Shown here one piece after another: positions 14,050 through 27,148 of a stretch of 64,000 bases of DNA. A model generated the notes under the pieces. It did no database searches. It was not told where the DNA came from and worked only from the letters and a program-made list of their open reading frames with translations. How positions within the stretch are numbered: the first letter of the stretch is position 1; each line of letters begins with the position of its first letter. Origin of the DNA: Octopus bimaculoides (Eukaryota); the NCBI RefSeq assembly GCF_001194135.2, contig NC_068994.1, positions 21,502,903 to 21,566,902 on the forward strand, written 5' to 3'. The position numbers and the translations under genes were made by a program.

Positions 14050-14480
14050 TCTTTCCAGACTGGTGAGATTGAGGTTCAGCCTACAATCTTTAAAATCAGT
14101 GTTAGTAGGAAAACCACGCAGGATATTCAAAAAGGCTGCTCTTCTAGGAAGATGAGATTGAGGTGTTCAGGAGATGACTTACAAATGCCAAAAAGTTGAA
14201 TGAAAGGAATTATCTGTTGCCAGAAGTATGTAAGAAGCTAGTTCAGAAGAGCAGAGGTCATTGTAGTGCCAGACAATACAAGTAAAAAACAGTGCATCTG
14301 TGAACTAGCGGTTAAAGGGTGTTGGCGTTTTGAGTCTTTTTGCTAATCAGTTGAGTGGCCTTTTGGATGTTAGTATATGAAGCAGTAGTACCACCTTCGT
14401 CAGTGTAAGGAGTACTCCAGTGTGGGTCTTGAGCCTTGTAAAGGTTAGCAACTGATTAGAACTAAAGTATTTTCTAGCTT
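14050..14480 (-). mobile_element. CR1/L2-type LINE 3' fragment
   Basis: The minus strand gives a degraded PTLEY...QK..KR..PL...LF...F.NFL.F-type RT C-terminus. Confidence 0.5.
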
Positions 14481-15259
14481 TAAAGAGGAAACCTAGTCTT
14501 TAAGATGTTGTTTTGGTAATGTTATATATGTGGAATATAACATGAGAAATCATCAGAAATATTGAGGTTTAACACTTGTGGCAACTTTGAAGGTTTTATT
14601 TGTATGCTATTCATAGCTGGAGAGTGAGATACAAGAATTTCTGTGATAGGTGCTGTTAAAAACAGACAAGGTTGTCATGTCACTTAGTCCTATGTATTGT
14701 CTTGTTTATTCAAAGGTCAGCTTGAGTAAGTTTATGATCAAAAGTAATCTATTCATGATCATCCTGTTTTTTCTTTTTAAAGAAGTGGGTTTAAGGCTGC
14801 AATGTCTAATCAGTTTTTTAATTTTAAAGTGAATTGATGGAGATTTGACTGCTATTTCTAGAAGGTTAAGCAATCAGATAAATTCTGTCATTGACTTGTG
14901 TTGTATGTTCTAGGATTTGTGTGTTTTGTATACACACACACACACACACATGACATGATGATTCTAGAGAAAGACAGTTCTGCAATTTCTTGCTGAACAA
15001 CCTGCTCAAATAATTTGTTTATTGTGATCAAATGTATGTGCTGCACATGAGCTCACTCTCCATCAAATCGCCATTGCCTGAATAAGTACTTGGTGCGCAA
15101 TATGTCAGGTGTTGAAGTGATCGCAGAGCATCATGAGATAAAGTGATTTGCTCAAGAACACAATGTACCAACTGATCTAGGAATTGAAACCACGATCTTG
15201 TGATTGCAAGTGCACCCCCTAACTACAAGGCTGTGTGCCTTCACTCATACACACACACG

Positions 15260-15304
<45 letters not shown>

Positions 15305-15305
<1 letters not shown>

Positions 15306-15436
15306 GGGCATCCAGCTGTAGAAACTCTGCCAGATCAGATTGGAGCCTGGTGCAGCCATCTGGTTTGCCAGTCCTCAGTCAAATCGTCCGAGCCATGCTA
15401 GCATGGAAGGTGGACGTTAAACGATGATGATGATGA
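15305..15436 (+). mobile_element. 5'-truncated RTE 3' end inserted at (TA)n
   Basis: GGGCATCCAGCTGTAGAAACT...GTTAAACGATGATGA. Confidence 0.85.
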
Positions 15437-15440
15437 TATA

Positions 15441-15480
15441 CAGTGCCTTGCAAAAGTCTACACTCCCTTTGAAAATTTAT
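15441..15480 (+). mobile_element. Tc1-like terminal repeat (single end)
   Basis: TA|CAGTGCCTTGCAAAAGT is a typical Tc1 TIR start; no partner end found. Confidence 0.4.
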
Positions 15481-17484
15481 ATATTTTGTATAATTTAACT
15501 GGAAACAGCACATTTTTTCAATTCCAATGATTGTTAAATAATAAGCAGATCCATCACACTTTCCTTTGATATAAAAATTACATTTTAAAAATTTCACATG
15601 ATGATATTGATAGAGATTATATTGATTTCATTCATTTAGAAATTAACAATAGATTAATTTATGTTGGAAGAAACAGTGAGAGAAACAGCTTGACAGTGTT
15701 TAATTTTGGAGTGGTGTTCATTTAGATAAGATAGTAATTGTATGAAAACAGTTGGATTTGTTGACAAATTTTCTTATCATTTGGAAATAATTGGGTGAAA
15801 TCAAATGCAAAATCAGATTTCATAATATAATACTTCTGTTCTTAACAATGAATATGTGTAATAATATTTTAATTAATAAAGACATCTACAGAACAGAAGT
15901 GGTTGTTATTGTAAAGCAGGCTCAGTTAACACAGTTCTAGCAGAGTGATATCTGATAAGTGATTAAGACTCACAAGACCTCCAATAGAGCTCATCTGTAT
16001 GGTTGAAGTTCCTGGTGGTTGTAACCATAAATTGAAGCAAAACAGGCATGATTAGTGGAGAAAGTGTTTGATTTTTATGGATATTTGTACAATGTAGTCT
16101 GAGGTTTTATTGCACGTGCTACTTTGCAGAGATTGTTGTATATCCCTCATGAAGCAGATGTGTAACTTATAGGTAGTTGGTTGAATAATTGGGTATGATC
16201 CACAAATCCAGCACTTAAGATACCGACATACCCTACTTCTGCTTCATTGAGTATTACACTATATATTTCTGATACACAGTAGTTTATTTTATGAGGTGCA
16301 GTTAATTTGTGTGTGAGGAACTACTGAGCACGTGATTGATATACTTGAAATATATCTAGTAATATACTAGAGGGTAATTGAGCACCACATGCTGTTCTTT
16401 ATTACCTTTAAAAGGGAAAGGTCATATAGAGGGATCCAATTCTGAAAGGAATATGTTGGAAAAGAGGGTATAATCAGAGTTGGAACACTAGTCAAGCAAT
16501 ACAGAATATGCCATAATATGTTTAGCTTGTGTGTTAAACATAGCATCTATTTTGGTCTCCAATTTTTATAGGATATCAGTGCATTCTAGGTTTGGTTGAT
16601 GTGAAAAGGTTTTACAAAGTTAACCTTCTCATATCAAATTACATTATACAGAAGGTAATTTGCCTTACAAAATGAAGATTGATAGAAAAGCTTGTTGCAT
16701 ATATGTCTCAGATGAAATGAAATTCTGCTGTTGAATGCAGAAATGAGTGACATCCCTAAACTATTGCAATACAATTCCTATATATGCATCACATATTTGT
16801 TGACACACACACCTTCAATATATTCCAAGCTACACTTAAAACATGAAGTCTTCCATGCCATAAATAACTTAAACTCCTTTACCCAGTAATAGTTCATGTC
16901 ATTTCTTATTACTATTTTTGATACAGTCTCCTTTTATATCAAAATGAAAAGCTAGAATTTTTTTATTGCTAGTCTTCTTTTAAGTTATAACCTGCTTGTT
17001 TATTTTTGTCACAAGGCTATTTTGATATATAAGAGCCAGCATGATAATATTAGTAAATGGAATGTATATTTGGTGACAATACCCTGCGTCTAAGTATGTA
17101 TATTGTTCATGACTAGATACCAGTGATTCATGTTACTGAATTGTATTTGAAGTTTTGTGTCACTAACTTAACTACTTATTTCTCAAACATTTATGATTGC
17201 AATATCTTGGTTACTATATCAGAACTGACTTTGTAACAATGGAATGGTAGATAGCATGCTCTCTAATATCATCATGCTTACACATAATTTTGCACATAAT
17301 TAATGAAGTTTAATCCATTGATACATTTTCCTCTTGTTGCTGAAAAGAATCTTGTTTCATTGGCTTTGTTTTATTGTCATCTACTGTTTGACATGTGGTT
17401 TTTAACCTCTAAAATTTGGAAGCATGTCTTTGCCAGATAATTTAGTGAACAGACCCATTGATTGGACCGGCCTTTCTGTTTCAG

Positions 17485-17687
17485 ACGAACATGTTATATT
17501 TGTTATAACACTGACATTCAAGGTCAAAATGGTTGGCTGAAGCCGTGTCGATGCAGTGGATCAACCAAATGGGTCCACAATACTTGTCTTCAGCGTTGGA
17601 TTGATGGTCAGCAACTGGAAGATTTGTCAACCAAAGTACGCTGTCCACAGTGCAATACAGAATTTACCATTGTTTATCCAAGTCCAG
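17485..17687 (+). CDS. MARCHF5: MARCH5 exon 2, RING-CH (C4HC3) domain
   Basis: TTTCAG acceptor and G|GTAATG donor; RTCYIC...KPCRCSGSTKWVHNTCLQRWID...RCPQCNTEFTIVYP matches the MARCH5 RINGv; 203 nt. Confidence 0.96.
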
Positions 17688-17966
17688 GTAATGACTGCCT
17701 TTCATCTCTTATTGATGTTCTTTTGAAGTATTTTTTCCTTTTTAAGGATTTTAGAATAAATCGTTTGTGTAAATACCTATCAAGAATGAAGCAGTATTAA
17801 CATACTTAGTGCATATAGTATTAGAAAATGAACTGGAAACATACATATAAATGATAGGTAAGAAGACATATAAGTAATAAGTACATATGATGAATGTTCA
17901 GGCCAAACCAAGTGCCTAAATTCCAACTTTAAGTGCATAGTGTTTACTTACCTATCTAAATCAAAT

Positions 17967-18181
17967 CTTTTCTACTCTAGGCACAAGTCACGAAATTTGG
18001 GGGAGGGGGCCAGTTGATTAGATCGACCCCAGTAAATAACTGGTACTTAATTTATCGATCCCGAAAGTATGAAAGGCAAAGTCAACCTCGGCGGAATTTG
18101 AACTCAGAACGTAGACAGACAGACAAAATACTACTAAGTATTTTGCCCGGCATGCTAACGTTTGTGCTAGCTCGCCGCCTT
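17967..18181 (-). mobile_element. tRNA-derived SINE with Deu/Nin-like core (well-preserved copy)
   Basis: Minus strand has GAGTTCAAATTCC B-box and CTTTGCCTTTCATACTTTCGGGATCGATAAATTAAGTACCAG core; about 12 copies in the window. Confidence 0.8.
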
Positions 18182-18900
18182 TACTTATCTATCTAAGTCA
18201 AATCAACACTAAGGACTTCTTTGCTACCTCGACCTTGAATGTACTTGTCGACACCTGAATCATTATGAACTTTAATCTAGATCTTTCCTGATTTCCTCCT
18301 ATACCATCAGACCATCAATTCATACTTTTGCTCTACATAAATACACACACACACGTAAATGATGATGATGGTAGGGAAAAAAGCACCCCCTCACTAACTT
18401 CTCAACAAATTGCTAATATAGTAACACAACATCCCTCCTACAACTTCAAGAAATACAAACATCAAAGCACACAACATAACATAAACAACCAATGAAGAGG
18501 TCAGAAAAACAGCACTCAATTAATAAACATGGAAAGCAAACCAATGAACAAACGCAGCACTAGACACACACCCAAACATGCACAGCAAAGAATAAATATA
18601 CCACCAATACTGAGTTGTAATGGTCATCACCTGACAATTGCAGTGGCATGAAACACATTGTGAGACAGACTGTTAGTTTCAATAAAAAGTAACCCAAATA
18701 TGTATACACACATGCGAGCATACATGTGTCACAAAAAATAACAGCATTTTAAAGGAACTAAGCTGAAGGTGGTATTTAATAAATACATTGTCATAACACA
18801 CATATAGATTTGTTACAATGCATCAAATATTGCTAGATTAGGATCTGATCATAGTTCATATATTGGAAGCAGTAAATTTTGTTAGTAATCAATGTAGCAT

Positions 18901-18945
<45 letters not shown>

Positions 18946-21234
18946 TTAATGCACAATATATGGATTTATCAAATCAGGTGGTACTCACACAAAAGCTCCT
19001 TTAGTGGACCATGCTACAAACCATGCACTAAACCAATACATAGGGGTGTAATATGTAGTCCTATGCAATTGAAATCCAGTAAATCCAATCAGTGATGATT
19101 ATTTCATTAGGAATATATAGAATATAAAGGAAGTCAGAAGGTATGAAATGAATATATTTATTTCACCAGTTGATATCCATAGGATGACTGACTTTACGCA
19201 TCCAAAAGTTATATTTGTATAGAATAAATTATTTTACATTTATTCTTCAACTCCAGTATACACATGCAAAAATGTTATCTTTGAAATAGTAATGTATGGA
19301 AGAGTATGATTAATGATGTTGGCTGCAAAATGGTCGTAATCTTGTGGATATAAATTAGTGAAATGTATTCATCTCATACCTCCTGACTTTCTTTATTTTC
19401 TTTATATTTTATGTCATCCCATAAATAATGTAGTTTTTTTAATACTTCTTTTATTCTCCAAAATTAAGGTAAACAAACTTCTTTTTTAATCTAAAATATA
19501 CTCTCCATCTAAAGATTTCTGAATCAAAACAACTGTTAGAGATGTTGTTATATTTTATAATTAGTAGATAATTTTATTAATTACCTCTCCATTTTCTCCT
19601 TATTCTTTAAATATGTAAATATATGAACCACGGTTTATATGGTTACCTTTTCGCTGAACTTTCTGTAGATTGGTAACTAAACAGTATTTTCATTGGATTT
19701 ATGATCCCTTAATGAGGTTTATTACCTTTACTTGATTATATATATATATATATATGCATATATCTATAACTATAAAAGAGAGTTTATATGTGTGTGTGTG
19801 CCTATGTTCCTTATGAATTCCAAAACTGAGTTGCTGATTTTGACGTAAGGGGTATCAAAAGATTCAGTAAGCTTTTGGCTACCTACTAAACTATATTTTC
19901 ATTCAAAATTAATATTATCATTTCTCTTTTAGTCACTTATCATAAACAACATTTTATATCACCACCACAATGACAATGACATCACATTTTCTATATGAGT
20001 GTGTTTGCATGTTTATGTGTGTGATGGTGTATGTGTCTGTCAGTATACATACATTTTTGTGACGACTGACACACACACATCTAAAGACAGAGACAGACAC
20101 ACACAAGGATCGAGATAGGCTTCAGGTGTGCATTAATGTACGTGTGTGTGTCTCTTAGTTTACATATGTAACGCCCCTCCCCTCCAACAGTGAAATGCAC
20201 CGATATTGAAAGTTTACTTGCAGCCTGGACTTCAAACAAACAACATGGAGATTTGGCTGATTTAACACTACTCACAATACTCGCAGAGAAAAATCTGAAA
20301 AAAAAAATGTTATTCTGGTTATTATAACAAATTCGGAAACTTGGCGAAGTAGAAAGCCTCAGTGGCTCTTTCAATATAATTACAGAAATGTTATTCCACT
20401 CCTTCTAACCAGTTTCAAGATAATGTTTTTTTAACAGTCCTTGTATTCTTTATCATTGTGAGTATCAATGTTATACAACCTTTTTACTGTGTTACTCAGT
20501 ATTTATTCTGCAGCCTATAATGTTACACAGTTCAAAAACAGCATCTTCCTTTTTATACGCTTGGTTCAGTGTTTGTTTCAAAATTGTAAAATAAATTATT
20601 TTTGTATGAAAATTTTAATTATACCTTCTGAATTTTCTTGGACTTCCACTTTCATCACCATGACATTCATTCAGTCATGAATTTTATAACATTTAGTACA
20701 TGTTCCAAATAAATGTTGACTTTCTGTACTTTCTTACATTGGTGATGCATGCTAACTTTTGCTAAGTTGGTGACTTTCCATTTTTTTATAGCATAACTAT
20801 GTTACAGAAAGTATGTTTTGCACCCATATTGACTACATTTTGTTTCGCTTGAACTTTGTGTGTGTACGTTTTGCTGTTTTCAATATTATCAATTCTATGA
20901 GTGTGTGTGTTTGTGTTTCTGCATTCCTTACGTCTATAGTAAACTATAGTAAAGAACATTTTACACTGTTTTAATGAGCCCACATCTAATGGTTGGTGAT
21001 CCCATTGAAAATCATATTCTCATTTGTATTCAAGATAGCAACCTTGAGCATGTTTCACAGACTCAACCCTCTTATGATGTTCTGTATAATCTTATTCTGT
21101 GGAATGGACAAGATGGGTATTATTTCAATATTCCTCGGATTGAACCTGCAACAGGATAGCCAATTACAAACAAAAGGGTGTCATCAAATGACTTCTATTC
21201 TTACCAATTGATGTTAAGACCAGAACAATCAAAT

Positions 21235-21450
21235 CCTTTCTACTATAGGCACAACAAGCTCTGAAATTTTGGGAGAGGGGACCGGTTGATTACATCAACC
21301 CCAGTGTCTCACTGGTACTTAATTTATCAACCCCGAAAAGATGAAAGGCAAAGTTGACCCGGCGGCATTTGAACTCAGAACATAAAGATAGACAAAATAC
21401 GCTCAAGCATTTTGCCCAGCATGCTAGCGATTCTGCTAACTCACCACCTT
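21235..21450 (-). mobile_element. Deu/Nin-like SINE copy
   Basis: Homologous to 17967-18181. Confidence 0.8.
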
Positions 21451-21599
21451 CCAGAACAATCAATCATTTGCACATATCAAATAAACTTTGTTTTCATTTA
21501 CATATTTCCTATGTTATTTCAATAACCAGCTATAGTTATTTCAAATACACTTCTCTACAATGACCAGGTTTCATTACACTTGATTCCTTTTACCCAACA

Positions 21600-22875
21600 T
21601 GGCTTTTGCTCAGCAGAAGCAGCCTGACACAGCTTTTGCAACACTATGACTGGGTGTTGAAGCAATTAACAATTTCTCAAATATAGATGTGATATATCTT
21701 GACTTTGCAAAGGCCTTTGATAAGGTTGATCATGGGATATGTCACAAACTATGGAGAGTGGTTGCATGACTTCTTAAAAAACAGAAGCCAGGCTTTAGCA
21801 ACCAACGGAGCCCTTTCCACGGAGACATTAATAGAAAGTGGAGTGCCTCAGGGAACTGTATTGGAGCCACTATGATTCATGGGGACTCTTTCAGACATAC
21901 CATCAGTTACACAGATAGCCACACTTACTAGCTACGTCAATGACACAAAAGTAGTACAAGCAGTCAAGGAACCTTCCGACGCTAATTTTCTACAGAAAGA
22001 CCTAGATGTCATATATAAATAGGCTGAGGACAACAACATGCAATTTAATGCATGCAAATTCCAAGCCCTCTGCTACCAGCTAATTGGTGCTCAGAAGTCA
22101 CAACAATGATACTTTGGACCAAAAGGAGTGGAAATCCTAGAATCACATACTGTGCATGATCTTCAGATTGATATGAACAACAATGCCTCGTTTCACATGC
22201 ATGTCACCAAGATGGTGGCAGTGTGCAGGCGAATGGCCAGATGGATTCTGAGAACCTTCAGAACAATAGACTATGCTGGTCCTATGGAGGACATTTGTCC
22301 TAAGTTGTCTGGACTACTGCTCTCAACTATGGTCATCCTACACTGTAGGGTTATTAGCAGAACTTGAGGCAGTTCAGAGATATTACATGAGGAAGATTGC
22401 ATCAATGGAACAGCTGAGCTACTGGGAGAAATTAAAAGACTCTACTGCCTCGAGCGAAGATGGGAGAGGTACGCAGTGATATATGTATAGAAGGTACTGG
22501 GGGGGCTTTGGAATTGAGTGTTATACCAGATGTCGAAATGGACATCACTGCACTGTTGCAAAAGTCCCAGCTGTCTTATCTAGGGTAAGGTACATGTACT
22601 GCAATAGTTTGGGATTCAAGGGTCCACAGCTTTTTAACGCTTGCCAAAACATCTCGGAACTCAATGGAGTGGGAGTAGATGTTTTCAAGAAAAAACTTGA
22701 TCTCTTACTATCCAAGATCCCAGATGAACCAATATCAAGGCAGGAAACTCAAAAGAGAGCAGTGATATTGGACTCCCTCCTTCACCAGACACTAAACCCA
22801 TAGAATTGGCCAATTAAAAGGTGATTACAATGGTGCTGCCCCAGCATGGTCGCAGCCTCAAGGCTGAAACATATG
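21600..22875 (+). mobile_element. CR1-like LINE, RT and 3' end, disrupted
   Basis: DVIYLDFAKAFDKVDHG, SGVPQGTVL, YVNDTKV, NSLGFKGPQLFN and FKKKLD..LSKIPDEP motifs with stops and frameshifts. Confidence 0.9.
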
Positions 22876-24061
22876 AAAGAATAAATATACATAATTATAT
22901 ATATATGTACAAATATATATATTTATATATACATACAGACAGAAATATATATATATATATATATGGGAGAATTTGCGAAAAAAACAACAGACGAAGACAG
23001 GTGGTGTAAACAACAAATGGATGTATTAGTTTAATGCTCGAGAATAGAGAAAGTCTTTGACGTTTCGAGCCTATGCTCTTCAACTGAAAGGAACAAGGAG
23101 AGAAAAAATATAAATGTGGTCAGCAATCTATCATGACGAATGCCAGATAGAAGGGTAACACAGGAGAGCTAAGAAAAAGGGGTGATAACAAAGAAGTGGT
23201 GAACCCAAGACGAGAAGCTGTGTGTGTGTGAGAGAATGCTGGTGATCTTAACGTATGCATGTGTGTATGTAGGTGTGAAGGTGTGAAAATGTGGGGAAGG
23301 GAATTGGTCAGTGCTAGTGTGTGCGTGGTGGTGTGTTGTGAAGTGATGTGGTGTGTGATATGGTGTAGCATGGTGTGATGTGAGGGTGTTGGGAGGTGGG
23401 GNNNNNNNNNNNNNNNNNNNNNNNNNNNNNNNNNNNNNNNNNNNNNNNNNNNNNNNNNNNNNNNNNNNNNNNNNNNNNNNNNNNNNNNNNNNNNNNNNNN
23501 NNNNNNNNNNNNNNNNNNNNNNNNNNNNNNNNNNNNNNNNNNNNNNNNNNNNNNNNNNNNNNNNNNNNNNNNNNNNNNNNNNNNNNNNNNNNNNNNNNNN
23601 NNNNNNNNNNNNNNNNNNNNNNNNNNNNNNNNNNNNNNNNNNNNNNNNNNNNNNNNNNNNNNNNNNNNNNNNNNNNNNNNNNNNNNNNNNNNNNNNNNNN
23701 NNNNNNNNNNNNNNNNNNNNNNNNNNNNNNNNNNNNNNNNNNNNNNNNNNNNNNNNNNNNNNNNNNNNNNNNNNNNNNNNNNNNNNNNNNNNNNNNNNNN
23801 NNNNNNNNNNNNNNNNNNNNNNNNNNNNNNNNNNNNNNNNNNNNNNNNNNNNNNNNNNNNNNNNNNNNNNNNNNNNNNNNNNNNNNNNNNNNNNNNNNNN
23901 NNNNNNNNNNNNNNNNNNNNNNNNNNNNNNNNNNNNNNNNNNNNNNNNNNNNNNNNNNNNNNNNNNNNNNNNNNNNNNNNNNNNNNNNNNNNNNNNNNNN
24001 NNNNNNNNNNNNNNNNNNNNNNNNNNNNNNNNNNNNNNNNNNNNNNNNNNNNNNNNNNNNN

Positions 24062-24117
<56 letters not shown>

Positions 24118-24399
24118 TATATACATATATATACATATATATACCTTTTTAAGCACAGATCAACTACAATGTCTATAAGTAAAACCCCATTGAACTAGTT
24201 AAGATTGTCATGAGTTAGACTGCAGCCATGATGGAAACACGACACCTTGAAGAACATTTTAGTTGAATCAATCGACACCAGCATTTACTTTTTTTAAGCC
24301 TGGAACTTAGCCTATTAGTCACCACAAACACAGAGGACAGGCTTCTTTCTGTTTCCATTAGAAAATTATAATAACACAGAAAACAGAGAATGAGGTTAA

Positions 24400-24609
24400 C
24401 CCTTTTGTTACCATATTTATTTTGAGATGCTGTGTTTTCAATTAATTTTACATAACAAAGAATTTAGTAAAATAACTTACTTATCATTCAGCTAGTGTTA
24501 TGAACATAAATTGTGACTGAGGTTTGGAAGATTTCAATTCAGAGCTTACAAAAACAAAACATTTGTACTAGAGCCAGAGGCGGTTTCAGCCAGGTTGGTA
24601 TCGAAAGGG
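24400..24609. mobile_element. piggyBac-type MITE with intact TTAA target duplication
   Basis: TTAA|CCCTTTTGTTACC ... GGTATCGAAAGGG|TTAA. Confidence 0.85.
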
Positions 24610-25684
24610 TTAACGAACATTAATTAGACACCATGCAACTCAGCCATACCAGAGAAATCTCTAACACAGCCATTCCTGAAGAAGACAGGACTTGTTTACA
24701 GACTTCCATGTTAATTATAAAAAGAAATACATCCAGTAATAAGGACACCAACATAAGAGTGAAATCAAGAAAAGACAAATTATGGGTTTATGAAGTCCAT
24801 TTATTTTGGCAATGTTTGAGAAACCAAGAATGTCCAACAAGGAACTATAACCAAACTGGTGAAGATTTGTTTTCCATTCTTACATCTTCAGCTTAGTACG
24901 TCNNNNNNNNNNNNNNNNNNNNNNNNNNNNNNNNNNNNNNNNNNNNNNNNNNNNNNNNNNNNNNNNNNNNNNNNNNNNNNNNNNNNNNNNNNNNNNNNNN
25001 NNNNNNNNNNNNNNNNNNNNNNNNNNNNNNNNNNNNNNNNNNNNNNNNNNNNNNNNNNNNNNNNNNNNNNNNNNNNNNNNNNNNNNNNNNNNNNNNNNNN
25101 NNNNNNNNNNNNNNNNNNNNNNNNNNNNNNNNNNNNNNNNNNNNNNNNNNNNNNNNNNNNNNNNNNNNNNNNNNNNNNNNNNNNNNNNNNNNNNNNNNNN
25201 NNNNNNNNNNNNNNNNNNNNNNNNNNNNNNNNNNNNNNNNNNNNNNNNNNNNNNNNNNNNNNNNNNNNNNNNNNNNNNNNNNNNNNNNNNNNNNNNNNNN
25301 NNNNNNNNNNNNNNNNNNNNNNNNNNNNNNNNNNNNNNNNNNNNNNNNNNNNNNNNNNNNNNNNNNNNNNNNNNNNNNNNNNNNNNNNNNNNNNNNNNNN
25401 NNNNNNNNNNNNNNNNNNNNNNNNNNNNNNNNNNNNNNNNNNNNNNNNNNNNNNNNNNNNNNNNNNNNNNNNNNNNNNNNNNNNNNNNNNNNNNNNNNNN
25501 NNNNNNNNNNNNNNNNNNNNNNNNNNNNNNNNNNNNNNNNNNNNNNNNNNNNNNNNNNNNNNNNNNNNNNNNNNNNNNNNNNNNNNNNNNNNNNNNNNNN
25601 NNNNNNNNNNNNNNNNNNNNNNNNNNNNNNNNNNNNNNNNNNNNNNNNNNNNNNNNNNNNNNNNNNNNNNNNNNNNNNNNNNNN

Positions 25685-26023
25685 TGCCTTCTAGCACTTG
25701 TGCTGGTGGCACGTTAGAAAATCATTCGAGCGAGGTCGTTGCCAGTGCCGCTGGACTGGCTCCCGTGCAGGTGGCACGTAAAAAACACCTTTTTGAGCGT
25801 GGCTGTTGCCAGACCATGTGACTGGCCCTCGTGCCAGTAGCACGTAAAAGTACCCACTACACTCTCGGAGTGGTTGGCGTTAGGAAGGGCATCCAGCTGT
25901 ATGTAGAAACTCTGCCAGATCAGATTGGAGCCTGGTGCAGCTTTCTGGCTTGCCAGTCCTCAGTCAAATCGTCCAACCCATGATACCATGGAAAGCAGAC
26001 GTTAAACGATGATGATGATGATG

Positions 26024-26025
<2 letters not shown>
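25685..26025 (+). mobile_element. RTE 3' UTR emerging from the N-gap 24903-25684
   Basis: Same 3' UTR and (GAT)n tail as 7707-8058. Confidence 0.88.
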
Positions 26026-26059
<34 letters not shown>

Positions 26060-26650
26060 ATACATTGGCGTACATACACTTTGGTCTCTTATATGTAAGT
26101 ATATATCTAAATTTTGTATGACTCTATTATGCTTTTCATTCTTTCCTTCTTTATATCAGCCCTTTCATACTTCTTTCATTCCACTCTTTGTTCTTTCGTT
26201 CCCCCTCTCTTGCATTTCCTAGCCTTCTCTTCATGCTCACTTCCCCTCCTCTTTCACTTCACTGTGTCTCTTTCATTTTATTCTTGCCCCTCCTTAATTC
26301 TTGTATCCCCCTGCCTCTCCCTGTTCTCTCCCCACATGGCCGGTGTTCGGCCAGGCCTGACCTCTCTTTCTTGGTTCGACTACCATCCATGCAACATCTA
26401 TATTCCTCCCTGTGCCTATTTATATTTTCCTGCTCTTCTTAACATGAAACCAATGGTAGCCTTAGTTCACAAATAAAGAATATANNNNNNNNNNNNNNNN
26501 NNNNNNNNNNNNNNNNNNNNNNNNNNNNNNNNNNNNNNNNNNNNNNNNNNNNNNNNNNNNNNNNNNNNNNNNNNNNNNNNNNNNNNNNNNNNNNNNNNNN
26601 NNNNNNNNNNNNNNNNNNNNNNNNNNNNNNNNNNNNNNNNNNNNNNNNNN

Positions 26651-26745
26651 TATGAGCCTGGTGTTGCCATCCGGTTTCACCAGTCCTCAGTCAAATCGTC
26701 CAACCCCTGCTAGCATGGAAAGCGGACGTTAAACGATGATGATGA

Positions 26746-26747
<2 letters not shown>
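26651..26747 (+). mobile_element. RTE 3' terminus after the N-gap 26485-26650
   Basis: AGTCCTCAGTCAAATCGTCCAACCC...GGACGTTAAACGATGATG. Confidence 0.85.
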
Positions 26748-26788
<41 letters not shown>

Positions 26789-27108
26789 TATTCCTTTGAT
26801 CAAGGACACTTTTCTTGCTTTACATTCAGTGGAACCTAGAGTCTTACAGGAATAGATGGGACAATGAAAGAAATGTTTCATGGCCAGATTGCCATATTGC
26901 ACTCCATATACATGTGACAGTATTGCTTCCAGTGAAGTAGTATACTTGAAATTGTGGATGCACTCAGTCAGCTGACTTCCTATTTTTCATGGATCAGATC
27001 TGAAAACGGAACTACAAAACAGCAATAACATTACTCATACACACACGCAATCATTCACTTCTGTATCTTTCACACGCTAAGTTATGACCCTTACTCCCCA
27101 CTAAGTGA

Positions 27109-27148
<40 letters not shown>

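Noticed and set aside
17688-17800. ORF continuing past exon 2 (NDCLSS...KQY) as a C-terminus
   Set aside because: Read-through into the intron; homology stops at the G|GTAATG donor and resumes in exon 3.
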